From NCBI GenBank assembly GCA_035652255.1, contig DASRED010000047.1, positions 3,695-67,694 on the forward strand: DNA of 64,000 nucleotides. Reading direction: 5' to 3'. This document shows positions 61,952-64,000 of this stretch, one piece after another; position 1 is the first letter of the stretch; each line of letters starts with the position of its first letter. Made by a program: the position numbers and the translations under genes. Below the pieces are notes generated by a model. It did no database searches. It saw nothing but the letters and a program-made list of their open reading frames with translations, and was not told where the DNA came from. The stretch is from Gaiellaceae bacterium (GTDB lineage: Bacteria; Actinomycetota; Thermoleophilia; Gaiellales; Gaiellaceae).

Positions 61952-63715
61952 GTGGAGCTTGATCCGCGTCGTACGTTCTCACGCCGTGAGGTGTGGAGGG
62001 CGTGGCAGCGGCAGGGCCGGACGTGCATTGGATGCGGGCGCGCGATCCCCTTCGACCTGATGCATGGCGATCACATTGTGGCGTGGAGCCATGGCGGGCG
62101 GACTTCGATCGAGAACCTTCAGGCGCTCTGTGGCTCGTGCAATCTCCGAAAAGGGAGCCAGCCCCAAGAAGTCACCCCTGCGCGGTTCAACGCTAACGCC
62201 CTCGCCCCAGCGGTTTCTGGTTTGCGCGGATGGCAGGCGGAAGCCGTGCCGTTGGTCCTAGCAGCTCTCACCGACGAGCCTGTCTTGGTCGAGGCCTGTC
62301 CTGGCGCGGGAAAGACTCGCTTCGGCTTGGAGATCGCCTACGCGATGGTCACGAACGAGCAGGTGTCGCGAGTACTGATCGTGGTGCCGACGCTAGTGAT
62401 CGCCGATGAATGGCTTCGCGCTGCTTCTAACGTGTTTCGCGACGCGCCGACTATTCCACTCCGCTCGCAGCGAGACTGGCGAACCGTCGACCCGATCGGC
62501 GACGACTGGGCGGGCGCGGTTATTACTTACCAGTCGCTGTTCAAGTCCACGGAGATGTTTCTGGCTCACGCGACCGACCCGGGCCAAAGGACCCTCGTGA
62601 TGTTCGACGAGGTCCATCATGCGGGCGTGGGCGCTGCCTGGGGAATCTCGGCTCAGGAAGCCTTCGCGGCTGGAGCCACGGCGATCTTGTCTCTCTCGGG
62701 GACGCCGTTTCGGACGAAGCGCGATCAGATCGTGTTTGTGCCTTCAAGGCACGGCCGTGCAGCACCTCAGTACCGCTACTCCTACGACAAGGCGATCCTC
62801 GACCGCGCATGTCGTCCGGTGCAGTTCGTCGAAACGCGAGGAGAGGCAACCTTCCGCACCGAGGACGATCGCCTTCATACCGTCAGCTTCAGCGACACGC
62901 TTACCGATCTCGGTCAGCGGAGGCGGTTGCGGTCGGCGATTGAGTGGATCGGCGAGCACTCGATCGCCGAAAAAATGCTCGTCGATGCAAATCAGTACCT
63001 CCTGACCCTGCGCAAGCAAGGCGACCTCGATGCTGCCGGACTGGTCGTTTGCATCGACTGCGCGCACGCTGATCGAGTCGCAGAGTGGATGTCGTCCCGC
63101 GTAACCGGGTTCCGCCCGATCGTCGCATGCTCTCGGCTCTATGACGAGAACGACTTAGGACCGGCGAACGCAATAAGGCGATTTCGGGACACTCACGATC
63201 CGTGGCTGGTCGCCGTGAACATGGTCTCAGAGGGTATGGACATCCAGAGGCTGCGGACGGTCGTGTATCTCACCAACCGTCTGACCCTGCTGTCCTTTCG
63301 CCAGATCGTCGGTCGCGTTGTTCGCACAGATCCATCGAACCGCGACGACCACGGGCGCATCTATATCCCTGCCGACCCTCGGCTTCTCACGATGGCGCGC
63401 GAGATAACTGACGACCCGAACCTGCTCCCAGCGAACATCGTCGTCTACACGGACGTGAACCCCGCGCAACGAGTAGGCATCGAAACGGCTACCCAAACCC
63501 ACAAGGTGCCGTTCGAAGTGATTCGCACGGTCGGCGAACAAGGAGCAGCCTTCGACATAGAAGGCCGTGAAGCGCACGCGCTTCTCGTGTCCTGCGCACG
63601 CCGCTTCATCGAGCTTGAACAACTCACAGGAACTGACCCCGAATCACTCGCACTTGCAGCCTCCGAGACGCCACGACTTCGCGAAGCCCTCCTCGCGCTA
63701 CGGGATCAAGTGTGA
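61952..63715 (+). CDS. HNH endonuclease domain fused to an SF2 (ResIII/DEAD-like) helicase
   Basis: 587 aa. HNH: CIGCG...HGDHIVAWSHGGRTSIENLQALCGSCNLRKG. Helicase motifs I ACPGAGKT, II MFDEVHH, III LSGTP, VI FRQIVGRVVR. Confidence 0.85.
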   Translation: MELDPRRTFSRREVWRAWQRQGRTCIGCGRAIPFDLMHGDHIVAWSHGGRTSIENLQALCGSCNLRKGSQPQEVTPARFNANALAPAVSGLRGWQAEAVPLVLAALTDEPVLVEACPGAGKTRFGLEIAYAMVTNEQVSRVLIVVPTLVIADEWLRAASNVFRDAPTIPLRSQRDWRTVDPIGDDWAGAVITYQSLFKSTEMFLAHATDPGQRTLVMFDEVHHAGVGAAWGISAQEAFAAGATAILSLSGTPFRTKRDQIVFVPSRHGRAAPQYRYSYDKAILDRACRPVQFVETRGEATFRTEDDRLHTVSFSDTLTDLGQRRRLRSAIEWIGEHSIAEKMLVDANQYLLTLRKQGDLDAAGLVVCIDCAHADRVAEWMSSRVTGFRPIVACSRLYDENDLGPANAIRRFRDTHDPWLVAVNMVSEGMDIQRLRTVVYLTNRLTLLSFRQIVGRVVRTDPSNRDDHGRIYIPADPRLLTMAREITDDPNLLPANIVVYTDVNPAQRVGIETATQTHKVPFEVIRTVGEQGAAFDIEGREAHALLVSCARRFIELEQLTGTDPESLALAASETPRLREALLALRDQV

Positions 63716-64000
63716 CTAGCCGGACACCCCAGCCAGCGACGATCATCCTCGTCGGGGGCACCATGACCGCGGACGATGGCACCACGCTTGACTCTCGATC
63801 CCCGGTGATCGGAGATCCAAGCTCCCTCACGATCTATAAGGGTCTTGCTTCTTCGTTCGCTTGGTGGAGTACCGTCAGTCCTCTCGTCGAGCGGATTCTT
63901 GACTCTGCCGGACAGGGTGCGTTCGCACTTGTGAACGGTCCTCCCGCTGTCAACGACGTACGCCAAGACGGAACCCTCCGCCGGGTGGGCCTAAAGCAGT
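63712..64000 (+). CDS. hypothetical protein, 5' part only (runs off the right edge)
   Basis: Own translation from GTG overlapping the helicase stop (GTGTGA): VTSRTPQPATIILVGGTMTADDGTTLDSRSPVIGDPSSLTIYKGLASSFAWWSTVSPLVERILDSAG... The frame stays open to the window end. Absent from the track because no stop is present. Confidence 0.45.
   Translation, partial: MTSRTPQPATIILVGGTMTADDGTTLDSRSPVIGDPSSLTIYKGLASSFAWWSTVSPLVERILDSAGQGAFALVNGPPAVNDVRQDGTLRRVGLKQ

Overview
High-G+C chromosomal segment, probably from an actinobacterium (this taxonomic call is inference only). Genes are densely packed and often translationally coupled through ATGA, GTGA or TGATG overlaps. About 1-45 kb is core metabolism and housekeeping. 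It holds acyl-CoA carboxylase subunits (pccB, accA), a TCA set (sucC/sucD, mdh, icd, and a non-classical sdhA-sdhB-HdrB-like succinate dehydrogenase), and a sulfate ABC uptake operon with an Rrf2 regulator, bracketed by xerC and xerD. It also holds ask-asd, the conserved ffs(SRP RNA)-dnaX-ybaB-recR block, cspA, a GGDEF/HD-GYP protein and an NlpC/P60 hydrolase. About 45.7-58.5 kb is an envelope glycan cluster. It contains a DMT-like membrane protein, two tandem paralogous GT-C-like giant membrane proteins, a polyprenyl-phosphate-sugar-synthase-like GT2, GT4, GT2, a Caps_synth-like GT, a Wzx flippase and an Stf0-like sulfotransferase. Next comes a secreted collagen-like/beta-helix repeat protein. 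From about 60.7 kb to the window end the G+C looks lower by eye, and the region carries an operon with an HNH-SF2 helicase fusion that runs off the window. This operon is my best candidate for an undescribed (defence-like) system. Non-genic structure includes a three-copy intergenic repeat family with palindromic AGCTCGCGAG termini and two REP-like perfect hairpins. It also includes an AT-rich perfect palindrome present in-frame inside both accA and dnaX. No CRISPR array, rRNA or tRNA was seen. Many long ORFs in the track are alternate-frame or antisense shadows typical of high-G+C DNA and were not called.
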